64,000 bases of DNA from Acidimicrobiales bacterium. Lineage in GTDB: Bacteria > Actinomycetota > Acidimicrobiia > Acidimicrobiales > Aldehydirespiratoraceae. The stretch's first letter is position 1; every line of letters starts with the position of its first letter. The position numbers and the translations under genes are program-made. The notes below the pieces were generated by a model. That model was not told where the DNA came from and searched no databases. It saw only the letters and a program-made list of their open reading frames with translations. Shown piece after piece: positions 27,001-37,541 of the stretch. The DNA lies in the NCBI GenBank assembly GCA_965116665.1, contig OZ220709.1, positions 3,051,486 through 3,115,485 on the forward strand. Direction: 5' to 3'.

Positions 27001-27692
27001 TGATCGGCATCACGGGTCGGACCAAGACCGCGGGCGAACTCAACATGAAGCCAGAGTCGTTTCGCGACTTGCACCTGGACGTGTACTACTGCGACTACGC
27101 CCGAGCGGTGATCGCCGCGGGTGGCCTGCCGGTCTTCCTCCCCGTCAACGCCGATCCCACCGGCTACGCCGACCGCCTCGACGGGCTGCTGCTTAGCGGC
27201 GGAACCGACATCGAGCCGGAGCGCTACGGCCAACCGGCCTCCCCTGAGCTCTACACTCGCGAACCGGATCGCGACGCCTTCGAGATGGCCCTGCTAGACG
27301 GTGCCGCCGACGCGGGGAAGCCAGTACTCGGCATCTGCCGGGGGATCCAGGTGCTGAACGTGCACGGCGGGGGCACGCTCCACCAGCACGTCGCCCCCCA
27401 CGCCTGTCACGACCGGCCCCCCAACCTGATCGTCCACCGGGTCGATCTGGCCGCGGGCTCGCTGGCTGCGTCGCTGTACGGGCCTTCGGTGGAGGTCAAC
27501 TCGCTGCACCACCAGACCATCGACGAACTCGCAGACGGATACGTGACGACGGGCCGCAGCGACGACGGCGCCATCGAGGTGATCGAATCCCGCCGCCGGC
27601 CATGGATCGGCGTGCAGTGGCACCCCGAGTTGATGGACTCCCGCGACCGCGACCCCGTCTTCGACTGGCTGGTAGAGGTGGCCTCGGGCTGA
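27000..27692 (+). CDS. Gamma-glutamyl-gamma-aminobutyrate hydrolase family (PuuD-like, peptidase C26)
   Basis: LIGITG N-terminus, GICRGIQ nucleophile, SLHHQ and GVQWHPE. The start is TTG 27000 or GTG 26985. Confidence 0.8.
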   Translation: MIGITGRTKTAGELNMKPESFRDLHLDVYYCDYARAVIAAGGLPVFLPVNADPTGYADRLDGLLLSGGTDIEPERYGQPASPELYTREPDRDAFEMALLDGAADAGKPVLGICRGIQVLNVHGGGTLHQHVAPHACHDRPPNLIVHRVDLAAGSLAASLYGPSVEVNSLHHQTIDELADGYVTTGRSDDGAIEVIESRRRPWIGVQWHPELMDSRDRDPVFDWLVEVASG

Positions 27693-27712
27693 CCGGACCC
27701 TCGGCGCCTCCG

Positions 27713-29092
27713 TCAGGAGGCGGCGCGCTCCACATGGCCGCCGAACCCGACGGTGCCCGAGACGCCCGCCGCGGAGCCGAGACGCTGCAGCGGCACGGTG
27801 TCGTACGACGGTGACGGGGTGTAGGCCACCGGCAGGCGCTTGACGCCGCCGATGAAGTTTGAGCGCAGGTAGTCGGGCTCGCCGTCGAGGCGGATGTCGG
27901 GCATGCGCCGGGCGATCTCGCGGAACATCAGGCGGATCTCCATGCGGGCCAGGCTGGCGCCCAGGCAGTAGTGGGGACCGCCCCCGCCGAAGCCGACATG
28001 GTCGTTGGGGATGCGCTCGATGTCGAAACGCCACGGGTCCTCGAAGGCCCTCGGGTCGCGGTTGGCGGCCACGTGCCACATGAGCACCTTGTCGCCCGCG
28101 GCGATCCTCACCCCGCCGAGCTCGTAGTCGGACAGGGCCTGGCGGCGGAAGTACATGACCGGGGTGGCCCAGCGCACGATCTCCTCCACCGCGGTCTCCA
28201 TGTAGCGGTCGGGGTCGGAGGTGAACTTCTCCCACTGGTCACCGAACTCGAAGAAGGCCATCATCCCGCGGGTTATCGAGTTGCGGGTGGTCTCGTTGCC
28301 GGCCACGCAAAGGATCAGGAAGAACATGTCGAACTCGACCTCGGAAAGGGCCTCGCCGTCGATGTCGGCCGACAGCAACGTGGTGACGATGTCGTCCGAG
28401 GGCGTGCCGCGACGTTCCATCTGGAGCTGGTGGGAGTAGCCGAAGAGCTCGGCCGCGTTCTGGAGGATGTCGTCGCGGCTCTTGACAAATTCGGGGTCCT
28501 CGCCTCCGACCATGGCGTTGCTCCAGTCGAACACCTTGGCGCGGTCCTCGACGGGAATGCCCATCATCTCGGCGATGGCCTGCAGGGGCAGCTCGGCCGA
28601 GATATCCCGCACGAAGTCGCAGCGGCCTGCCTCCACCACCCGGTCGAGGATGATGTCGGTGCGGTTCTGGAGGTAGTCCTCGAGCAGGTTGATCATGCGG
28701 GGCGTGAAGCCCCGGTTGACGAGCTTGCGGTAGCGGGTGTGGCGGGGCGCGTCCATGTCGATCAGCGTCAGGTCGTTCATGATGCCCGACGCCCACTCCC
28801 GCTGATCGGGATCGCGCATCTGGGTGCCGCTGTGGCTGGACGAGAACACATCGGCGCGGCGGTTCACCTCCTTGAGGTGAGCCTGACGGGTGATAGCCCA
28901 GTAACCCGAGCCCCTGTCTCCCTCGTCAACCCAATGAATGCCCGGGTCGGTCTCCCGCAGCCGCTCCAGAACCGCGTGGTGGTCCTGGCGCTGGAACATG
29001 TCGAAGTCCCAGAGGTCAGCGTCCGCTGCCGGGCAGGACCGGTCGCCGTGGTCCACGGGGCAGGCAGTCGATTCTTCGTCGACGATCGTCAT
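27713..29092 (-). CDS. Cytochrome P450 (paralogue 2)
   Basis: 459 aa with AGNETT, EEIVRW and FGGGGPHYCLG. ATG at 29092 is preceded by GAGGTG. Confidence 0.9.
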   Translation of the reverse strand: MTIVDEESTACPVDHGDRSCPAADADLWDFDMFQRQDHHAVLERLRETDPGIHWVDEGDRGSGYWAITRQAHLKEVNRRADVFSSSHSGTQMRDPDQREWASGIMNDLTLIDMDAPRHTRYRKLVNRGFTPRMINLLEDYLQNRTDIILDRVVEAGRCDFVRDISAELPLQAIAEMMGIPVEDRAKVFDWSNAMVGGEDPEFVKSRDDILQNAAELFGYSHQLQMERRGTPSDDIVTTLLSADIDGEALSEVEFDMFFLILCVAGNETTRNSITRGMMAFFEFGDQWEKFTSDPDRYMETAVEEIVRWATPVMYFRRQALSDYELGGVRIAAGDKVLMWHVAANRDPRAFEDPWRFDIERIPNDHVGFGGGGPHYCLGASLARMEIRLMFREIARRMPDIRLDGEPDYLRSNFIGGVKRLPVAYTPSPSYDTVPLQRLGSAAGVSGTVGFGGHVERAAS

Positions 29093-29132
29093 GGGTACAC
29101 CTCGCGTCTGCGGCGGCTAGCCGCGCGTTTAC

Positions 29133-29160
29133 CTTCCTAGGAAGATTACTTCCTAGGAAG
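29133..29160. promoter_or_regulatory. Two perfect 12-bp palindromes CTTCCTAGGAAG, 16 bp centre to centre (candidate operator pair)
   Basis: At 29133-29144 and 29149-29160, which is 41-68 nt upstream of the P450 start codon on the minus strand. Confidence 0.45.
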
Positions 29161-29294
29161 ATACCTCGGCAGGAGGTCCCCTTGCAAATGTTCAGGTTCG
29201 AGCCGGCTCCGGGCCGATTTAGCGCCGGAACACCGCGCCACCGCAAGACCGGCTGTTCTTGTGCCGCTGCGAAAGAGTGCGACCGGTTTGCAGG

Positions 29295-30542
29295 TCAGCT
29301 GATGGGGCTGGAGGGGACGGCTGCGTGCACCACGGAGGCCTCCACCACCGGCACCTCGTCACGCTCGAGCGGGCCCATCCACTCCTTGCGGGCCAGGGCC
29401 TTCTCGATGTAGGGAGCCAGTTCGGTGGCCTTGGCCGCGTCGCGCTCGGCGCGGCCCGGCGTGAACTCGCCCAGCACGTCCGATCCGAATAGGCGCAGGC
29501 TGTCGCAGATGTCGACGTGGCGGTTCTTGCCGCCCTGCTGGAGGAAGATGACGTGGTCTATGCCGGACCCCTCGGCCTCCTTGAGCCAGCGGACCGCGTC
29601 GGCGGGCGTGCCTATGGTGTCTGCGTAGTCGTCGCCGGCGTCGAGGGCGGCGGCCACCGCATCGTCCAGGGCCGAGCCCCGTTGGGCCTCGTAACGGTCC
29701 CAGATGTCGGAGTGGCCCGGGATGGTGTGGTGCACCACCAGTTGCCGCAGCGCGTAGGCGAAGAAATGGAACCCGTCGAAGCCACGACGGATGGCTTCAG
29801 CCCGATCCTCGTGCAGCGAGAAGCCGGTGACCACCGCGATGTTGGCGTTGACGCTGTGACCCAGGGGCACGCACTCGTCGCTGCGGATGATGTCGTAGTA
29901 GACGTCGGCCCAGTGCCGGGCCTCGGCCGGGTCCACGAACGCGAACGCCAGCGCGCCCAGGCCCCGGCGAGCGGCCAGCTCGATGGTGGTGCGGTTGGTG
30001 CAGGCGATCCACATGGGCGGGTGGGGCTTCTGCACCGGCTTGGGGATCACGTCGCGGCACGGCATCGAGAAGTACTCGCCCTCGAAGCCGGGGTAGGGCG
30101 ACATGGCCATCATGTTGGCGATCTGCTCGCCCGCCTCGAGGCTCATGGCCCGCTTCTGCTTGGCCGGGATGCCGAACCCGCCGAGCTCCAGGCGGGTGGC
30201 GCCCTCGCCAATGCCGAACTCCACCCGTCCGCCCGAGATCAGGTCCAGGGTGGCGACGCACTCGGCGGTGCGGGCCGGATGGTTGTAGGCCGGCGGCGCC
30301 TGGCGGATGCCGTGGCCGAGCCGGATGCGCTGGGTGCGGGCCGCGCAGGCCGACAGGAACACCTCGGGCGCGGAGCAGTGCGAGTACTCCTCCAGGAAGT
30401 GATGCTCCACCGCCCAGGCCACGTCGATGCCGACCTCGTCGGCCACTTCAACCTGCTCGATCGCCTCGGCCAGCAGCCGCTCCTCGGAGTCAGGGGCCCA
30501 GGGGCGGGGCATCTGAAGCTCGTAGAAGACGCCGAACCGCAC
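29295..30542 (-). CDS. LLM class flavin-dependent oxidoreductase/monooxygenase
   Basis: 415 aa with MRFGVFYELQMPRPW, WAVEHHFLEEYS and RVEFGIGEG, which are typical of the luciferase-like family. Confidence 0.85.
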   Translation of the reverse strand: MRFGVFYELQMPRPWAPDSEERLLAEAIEQVEVADEVGIDVAWAVEHHFLEEYSHCSAPEVFLSACAARTQRIRLGHGIRQAPPAYNHPARTAECVATLDLISGGRVEFGIGEGATRLELGGFGIPAKQKRAMSLEAGEQIANMMAMSPYPGFEGEYFSMPCRDVIPKPVQKPHPPMWIACTNRTTIELAARRGLGALAFAFVDPAEARHWADVYYDIIRSDECVPLGHSVNANIAVVTGFSLHEDRAEAIRRGFDGFHFFAYALRQLVVHHTIPGHSDIWDRYEAQRGSALDDAVAAALDAGDDYADTIGTPADAVRWLKEAEGSGIDHVIFLQQGGKNRHVDICDSLRLFGSDVLGEFTPGRAERDAAKATELAPYIEKALARKEWMGPLERDEVPVVEASVVHAAVPSSPIS

Positions 30543-30589
30543 CGCGAATCAACCTATCGGCGGTCCATGGAGTGACTGAAGTCCGCGGC

Positions 30590-31489
30590 TTAGAACTCGA
30601 AGCCGGCCATGCCGAAGTAGCCGCTGGCCGCGGTCTTGTCGCTGCGGTGGCGGTCCCAGGACGGCGCGCCGCCGGGCGGCTGGGGGTCGTCGCCCAGCAC
30701 CGTCACCCGGTGCAGGATCCGGGTGTCGTCGTCTTCGCCGATGTCGTCGACGATCGAGTGCAGCGTCACCCGCTCGTCCCAGAGAGCCACATCGCCGGGC
30801 GACCAGCGCCAGCGGCAGCTGAACTTGACCTGCTCCTGCCAGCGGTACAGGAAGCCCAGCAGGGCCTGGCTCTCGGGCCGGGACAGCTGCGGGATGCGCC
30901 GACCGTGCTGCTTGTTGACGTACAGGCTGCGCCGGCCGGTTCCGGGGTGGATGCGGACCACCGGGTGCTCGGCCCGCAGCGAGCCCTGCTTGCCGTCGTC
31001 GTGGATGCAGGTCAGCCCGGCCAGGAAGGCCTGCAGGGGCGCCGACAGCGAGTCGTACACCTCGTAGCAGTTGATCCACATGGTGTCGCCACCGGCGGGC
31101 GGGCACTGCACCATATGCAGCAGCGCGGCGATGGGCGGATGCTCGCTGTAGGTGACGTCGGTGTGCCAGATGTCGGCCTTCGGAGTGGCCGAGGTGTCGA
31201 GCACGCACACCTCGGGGGTGTCTTCGTCGACCTTCTCGATGTAGGGATGCACCTCCAGCTCACCGAAGGCGGCGCCGATGTCGCGCAGCTGCGGCATGGT
31301 GGGGCTCAGGTCCGGCAGGAACAGCACGAGGTGCGTGTCGAGGGCGTCTCGCAACGCGGCGGCGGCCTGCTCGTCAAGGCTGCCGGGATCGAGTCCCCGG
31401 ACCTCGGCGCCCAGCGCCCCCGCGATGGGTTTGACGTCGAGTTCCACCGCTGGATTGAGGCCGGCTGAGCGGGCTGGAGCAAGGGTCAC
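30590..31489 (-). CDS. TauD/TfdA family Fe(II)/2-oxoglutarate dioxygenase
   Basis: About 299 aa with the HTD facial-triad motif (IWHTDVTY) and LHR near the C-terminus. GTG 31489 was chosen; the longer ORF N-terminus is R-rich junk. Confidence 0.8.
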   Translation of the reverse strand: MTLAPARSAGLNPAVELDVKPIAGALGAEVRGLDPGSLDEQAAAALRDALDTHLVLFLPDLSPTMPQLRDIGAAFGELEVHPYIEKVDEDTPEVCVLDTSATPKADIWHTDVTYSEHPPIAALLHMVQCPPAGGDTMWINCYEVYDSLSAPLQAFLAGLTCIHDDGKQGSLRAEHPVVRIHPGTGRRSLYVNKQHGRRIPQLSRPESQALLGFLYRWQEQVKFSCRWRWSPGDVALWDERVTLHSIVDDIGEDDDTRILHRVTVLGDDPQPPGGAPSWDRHRSDKTAASGYFGMAGFEF

Positions 31490-31599
31490 AGCGGCCAGGC
31501 TACCGCCGGTGCGGCAGCCGAGCCGGCGGCGGGCAGCGCTACGGTGGCGGGTGGCCGCCGTCACGACGAGGGGGCTTGCAACATGTCGGACCGGAGCCC

Positions 31600-32589
31600 A
31601 TGACCGCGTCGATCAGCGATCTGCTGGAGACGACCGGCTACGCGGTGGCCGACGGGGCCATGGGCACCCAGCTCTTCGCGGTCGGCCTCAGTGCCGGCGA
31701 TCCTCCCGAGGCCTGGAACCTTCATCACGCCGAGGAGGTGCGGGCCATCCACCGGGCCTACCTGCGGGCCGGCGCCGACCTGGTGATCACCAACAGCTTC
31801 GGCGGGACGAGCTTCCGCCTGGCCCTGCACGGCTTCCAGGACAGGGTGGTGGAGTTGAACAAAGCCGCTGCCCGCAACGCCCGCATCGAGGCCGACACCG
31901 AGACCGGACGGACGGGTCGCACAGTGCTGGTGGCCGGATCGATGGGGCCGACCGGTGAGTTGCTCGAGCCGATGGGCAACATGTCGGCGGCCGCGTGCGA
32001 GGCGGCGTTCGCGGAGCAGGCCGGAGGCCTGGCTTCGGGCGGCGCGGATGTGCTGTGGATCGAGACCATGAGCGACCTCGACGAGGTGGAGGCCGCGGTG
32101 AGGGGAGCCCGCTCGGCGTGCGACCTGCCGGTGGCCGCGACCATGAGCTTCGACACGGCCGGGCGCACCATGATGGGCGTGACGGGCACAGAACTGGCCG
32201 AACGGTTGGGAGGGCTGGGCCTGGCGGCCATGGGAGCCAACTGCGGCAACAACATCGCCGACACCGAGGCCGCGGTCACTGCAATCGCAACGGCGTCAGC
32301 GGGCACGCCGGTGATCTCCAAACCCAACGCGGGCGTGCCGGTGTGGAGCGGCGAGAACCTCGTCTACGACGGCACCCCCGAGGTGCTGGCCGCCCACGCC
32401 CACCGGGCCCGGGCCGCGGGGGTCACCGTCATCGGCAGCTGCTGCGGCAGCACCCCGGCCCACACCGCCAAGATCGCCGCGGTGCTGCGGGGCGACGAGC
32501 CCCCGCCCGACATCGAGTCCGCGCCCCCAGCCAGGCCGACAACCGAGGACCGTCTGGCCCGCCGCCGAACCCGCCGCCGAGCCAGGTAG
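31600..32589 (+). CDS. Homocysteine S-methyltransferase family protein (BHMT/MmuM-like)
   Basis: [15 protein letters not shown] and [10 protein letters not shown] (zinc cysteines). ATG 31600 is favoured over TTG 31576. Confidence 0.8.
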   Translation: MTASISDLLETTGYAVADGAMGTQLFAVGLSAGDPPEAWNLHHAEEVRAIHRAYLRAGADLVITNSFGGTSFRLALHGFQDRVVELNKAAARNARIEADTETGRTGRTVLVAGSMGPTGELLEPMGNMSAAACEAAFAEQAGGLASGGADVLWIETMSDLDEVEAAVRGARSACDLPVAATMSFDTAGRTMMGVTGTELAERLGGLGLAAMGANCGNNIADTEAAVTAIATASAGTPVISKPNAGVPVWSGENLVYDGTPEVLAAHAHRARAAGVTVIGSCCGSTPAHTAKIAAVLRGDEPPPDIESAPPARPTTEDRLARRRTRRRAR

Positions 32590-32604
32590 GGAGAGAGTGG
32601 TCCG

Positions 32605-34140
32605 TCAGTGGCGGAACTGGCGTTCTCCGGTTAGGAGCATGGCGATGTTGCGCTGGTCGGCCGCGGCGATCACTGCGGCGTCGTTGACTGAGCCGCCGGG
32701 CTGCACGACCACCGCGGCACCGGCGTCGGCCGCGGCGTGGACGCCGTCACCGAACGGGTAGAAGCCGTCGCTGGCGCAGGCGCCGCCCTCGGCCCGGCCC
32801 GCGGCCTTGGCCGCGGCCAGCTGGCCGGCCTCCACCCGGTTCTGCTGGCCGGCGCCGATGCCCCAGGCGGTCCGGTCGCGGGCCAGCACCACCGCGTTGG
32901 AGCTGGTGTGGGCGCATACCCGCCAAGCGAAGACCGCGTCGGCCATCTCCGTCTCGGTGGGCTTCCGGGCCGTGACCACCTGCCAGCCGGCGGGCTCGGC
33001 CTCGAGTCGGCGGGGCGTCTGAACGAGGAAGTCCTCACCGGAGCCGAGGCTGCGCACCTCCCACGCAGGCTTGCTGGCCGCGTCAGCGGGCGCCTCCATC
33101 AGCCGGGTGTTGGCTCGGCGAGCCGCCAAGCGCTCGATCACGCCGTCGGCGTAGCCGGGAGCGATCACCACGTCGGCCTGGGCCGCGGCGACCATGGCGT
33201 CGGCGGTGGCCTGATCGATCACCGCATTGACAGCCACCACACCGCCGAAGGCGCTGCGGGTGTCGCAGTCGAAGGCCCGCGAGTAGGCGGTGGCCAGATC
33301 GCCGGCGACCGCTGCTCCGCACGGGTTGGCGTGCTTGACGATCACTGCGGCCGGCCCGTCGCCCAGGTTGTGGGCCAGCCGCCAGGCCGCCTCGGCGTCC
33401 ATCAGGTTGAGGTAGCTCAAGGCCGGGCCGCCGTGCTGCGCCACGCCGTCGAAGAAGCCGGAGGTTCCGCGTGCCCGGTAGCGGGCGCCCTGCTGGTGGG
33501 GGTTCTCGCCGTAGCGCAGCACCCCGGCCCGCTCAAGGTCCAGCCGCAGGGTGGCCGGAAGGCCCGGCCTGTCCGAGTCCCTCTCGGCGTCGAGCCAATC
33601 GACGATGGCTGCGTCGTGAGCCGCGGTATGGGCGAAGGCCCTTCGAGCCAGGCGCCCTCGGGTGACCGCGGACAGTCCGGTGTCCGAACGGAGTTCGGCC
33701 AGGACCGGCTCGTAGTCGGCCGGGTCGACCACCACACCGACGTGGGCGTGGTTCTTGGCCGCGGCCCGCACCATCGTCGGGCCGCCGATGTCGATCGTCT
33801 CGATGCCCGGCGATTCCTCGAACGGGTAGAGGTTCACCACCACCAGGTCGATCGGGTCGATGCCCTGAGCCTCCAGGTCGGCCCGGTGGGAGGGGTCGTC
33901 GCGGTCGGCCAGGATCCCGCCGTGGATGCGGGGATGCAGGGTCACCACCCGGTGCCCCAGCATGGTCGGTGAACCGGTGTAGTCGGCGGTGTCGGTGACG
34001 GGGAGACCCGCGGCCTCGATCACCCGGGCCGTGCCCCCGCTGGCGATCAGCTCCCATCCCAACTCGACCAGCCCCGCGGCCAGATCGACCACGCCCGCCT
34101 TGTCGTAGACGGAGATCAGCGCCCGCGGCGATGTGTCCAT
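32605..34140 (-). CDS. purH: Bifunctional AICAR transformylase / IMP cyclohydrolase
   Basis: 511 aa with [27 protein letters not shown] and VVVNLYPF, ending in the characteristic RQFRH. Confidence 0.95.
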   Translation of the reverse strand: MDTSPRALISVYDKAGVVDLAAGLVELGWELIASGGTARVIEAAGLPVTDTADYTGSPTMLGHRVVTLHPRIHGGILADRDDPSHRADLEAQGIDPIDLVVVNLYPFEESPGIETIDIGGPTMVRAAAKNHAHVGVVVDPADYEPVLAELRSDTGLSAVTRGRLARRAFAHTAAHDAAIVDWLDAERDSDRPGLPATLRLDLERAGVLRYGENPHQQGARYRARGTSGFFDGVAQHGGPALSYLNLMDAEAAWRLAHNLGDGPAAVIVKHANPCGAAVAGDLATAYSRAFDCDTRSAFGGVVAVNAVIDQATADAMVAAAQADVVIAPGYADGVIERLAARRANTRLMEAPADAASKPAWEVRSLGSGEDFLVQTPRRLEAEPAGWQVVTARKPTETEMADAVFAWRVCAHTSSNAVVLARDRTAWGIGAGQQNRVEAGQLAAAKAAGRAEGGACASDGFYPFGDGVHAAADAGAAVVVQPGGSVNDAAVIAAADQRNIAMLLTGERQFRH

Positions 34141-34152
34141 CTCGGCCAGTGT

Positions 34153-35033
<881 letters not shown>

Positions 35034-35037
<4 letters not shown>

Positions 35038-36215
35038 GGCTGTTCCGGTCCCGGCTCGGCTCCGGCTCCGGCTCCGGCTCCGGCCAGCTCGACTGCCCGG
35101 CGGGCGGCGTCGAGCATGGTGGGCTCCATCATCAGGGCGTCGCCCAGGTGGGGCTCCAGCAGCTCCCTGCCCTCGGCTGCGTTGGTGCCGTCGAGGCGGA
35201 TCACGATGGGCGAGTCGATGTCCACCCGCCCGGTCGCCTCGATGATGCCGTTGGCGATCTCCTCTCCCCGGGTGATGCCGCCGAAGATGTTGATCAGTAT
35301 CGACCGCACCGCACCGTCGTTGTTGATCACCTCCAGCGCATTCGACATGACCTCCGCGTTGGCACCGCCGCCGATGTCGAGGAAGTTGGCCGGCCGGCCC
35401 CCCACCTGATTGACCACATCCACCGTGCTCATGGCCAGACCGGCGCCGTTGGCGATGACCCCCACCGAGCCCTCCAGACCCACATACTGCAACCCCTTGG
35501 CGTGGGCGGCCTGCTCCCGCTCGTCGCGGGTCTGGGTGGCGTCGTAGGCGGCGTAGTCGTCGTGGCGGAAGGTGCTGTTGCCGTCCAGGGTCACCTTGGA
35601 GTCGAGCAGGACGACCTCCCCGGCGGAGGTGACGATCAGCGGGTTGACCTCCACCAGGTCGGCGTCGGCGTCCACGTAGGCCCGGTACAGCGTCTCGAGT
35701 ACACCGGCCACCGCGCCCGCGGCGGCTTCGGGGATGCGGGCGGCCTGAACCCACCGGCGGCACGCCTGCTGCGACAACCCGTCCACCGGATCGATGTGGA
35801 TGCGGGCGATGGCCCCTGGATCTCGGGCAGCCACCGTCTCGATCTCCACGCCTCCCTCGGCCGACAGCATCCCCAGGTGCTTGCGAGCGGAGCGGTCCAG
35901 CGTGAAGCTGGCGTAGTACTCGTCGGCTATGTCCGACGCCTCCTCGATCCAGAGGCGCCGAACGATGTGGCCCGAGATGTCGAGGCCCAGGATGTCGGAG
36001 GCATGGCCGCGTACCGCGTCGAGGTCGGCGGCCAGCTTCACGCCGCCGGCCTTGCCCCGCCCGCCCGTGTGGACCTGGGCCTTCACCACGACCGGCAGGC
36101 CGAGCCTGGAGGCCGCGGCCGCGGCCTCGTCGGGCGACAACGCCACCTCGCCCGAGGGCACGGGGAGCCCGTAGCGGGCAAACAACTCCTTGCCCTGGTG
36201 TTCGAACAAATCCAC
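35034..36215 (-). CDS. sucC: Succinyl-CoA ligase subunit beta
   Basis: 393 aa from GTG 36215 (VDLFEHQGKELFARYGLPVP, VVKAQVHTGGRGKAGGVK). The 926-aa ORF extension overlaps two plus-strand genes. Confidence 0.95.
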
Positions 36216-36236
36216 GGGAGGCGATACTAGGCCGCG

Positions 36237-36704
36237 ATGCCTGTTTCCAGCGGACCCCGGCCGAGTTTGCGGACCGCCCTCGTGGTCGGCCTGGCCGGCG
36301 TGGTGGTGGCGCTGGGCCTGGTGGGGGCCGTGCTGCTGCTGACCCGCACCGGGACCGACGTGGAGATCCGCCTCGGCGACCGCGATTTCCGGGACATGGA
36401 GATCGGACGGATCAGCACCGAGATAGACGACCGGGGGCCGATCCTGTTCGGAGACGTCGCCGACGGCAGCCGCGACATCATCCTGCAGCACCTCGGCGAC
36501 GACCCCGAGACCGGTTGGCTCGCGTTCGAGGCCCGCCGGCCGGGCCAGAGCCGCGACTGCTTCTTCCGGTGGCGGACCACCGAGGCCGACTTCGTCAACA
36601 CCTGCGACCCCGACGACATCGTCGACGCGGCCGGGACCGGCCTGCGCCACTACGAGGTGGCCGTCGTCGACGGCGACGTGCGGGTAGACATCAACCCGTC
36701 CTGA
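36237..36704 (+). CDS. Hypothetical membrane-anchored protein
   Basis: 155 aa with a single N-terminal TM helix (LVVGLAGVVVALGLVGAVLLL) and then a soluble acidic domain. No family recognised. Confidence 0.6.
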   Translation: MPVSSGPRPSLRTALVVGLAGVVVALGLVGAVLLLTRTGTDVEIRLGDRDFRDMEIGRISTEIDDRGPILFGDVADGSRDIILQHLGDDPETGWLAFEARRPGQSRDCFFRWRTTEADFVNTCDPDDIVDAAGTGLRHYEVAVVDGDVRVDINPS

Positions 36705-36725
36705 CGAGCCGCACGGGAGGCCCCC

Positions 36726-37454
36726 ATGGCTGACGCGAACCCCACCGACCGGATATTCCTGCGAGATGCCCAGTGCCGATCCTTCGAGGCCACCGCGGTC
36801 GCGGTCGACGACGCCGGGAGGGTGGCCCTGGACGCCACCGCCTTCTACGCCACCAGCGGGGGCCAGCCCCACGACACCGGAACGTTGAGCTGGGACGGAG
36901 GCTCGGCCGCGGTGACCGACGTGCGGGGCCACGACGTGGTATGGCACACCCTCGACGGCAGCGCCCCGGCGGTGGGCGCGGCGGTGCACGGCGAGCTCGA
37001 CTGGGAGCGCCGCCACGCCCTGATGCGCACCCACACCGCGCTCCACATCCTGTGCGGAGTGATCTACAACACCTGGGGGGTCTCGGTCACCGGCGGCAAC
37101 ATGGCTCCGCTCTCGGCCCGCATGGACTTCGAGTTCGACCCTCTGCCCGAAGGGTTCGCGGCTCAGGTCACCGAACTGGTCAACGCCGAGATCGCCGCCG
37201 ACCGCCGGATCGACATCTCGTTCCTGCCCCGGGTCGAGGCCCTGGCCGACGACGACCTGATCCGCACCAAGGTCAACCTGATCCCGGAGTCGGTGCAGGA
37301 GATCCGGGTGGTCGACATCGTCGGGCTCGACAAGCAGGCCGACGGGGGCACCCACCTTCCCTCCACCGGCGGGGTGGGCCGCTTCGAGGTGGTCAAGACC
37401 GAATCGAAGGGCAAGGCCAACAAGCGCCTCCGCATAGCAGTCCACGACACCTAG
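36726..37454 (+). CDS. alaX: Alanyl-tRNA editing protein (AlaX-M type)
   Basis: 242 aa with HTALHIL and DGGTH zinc/editing motifs. GGGAGG RBS. Confidence 0.8.
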   Translation: MADANPTDRIFLRDAQCRSFEATAVAVDDAGRVALDATAFYATSGGQPHDTGTLSWDGGSAAVTDVRGHDVVWHTLDGSAPAVGAAVHGELDWERRHALMRTHTALHILCGVIYNTWGVSVTGGNMAPLSARMDFEFDPLPEGFAAQVTELVNAEIAADRRIDISFLPRVEALADDDLIRTKVNLIPESVQEIRVVDIVGLDKQADGGTHLPSTGGVGRFEVVKTESKGKANKRLRIAVHDT

Positions 37455-37541
37455 CCCCGCGAGCGCGGCCGCTCGACCCAGATGTTGGCCCGCCGAGCGC
37501 TCCTCGGAGCTCGATTCAGGGCGCAGGTATAGTAGGAGTGA

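Noticed and set aside
34141-34152. ZTP (pfl) riboswitch expected upstream of purH
   Set aside because: Only 12 nt separate purH from the sucD stop, so there is no room for an aptamer.
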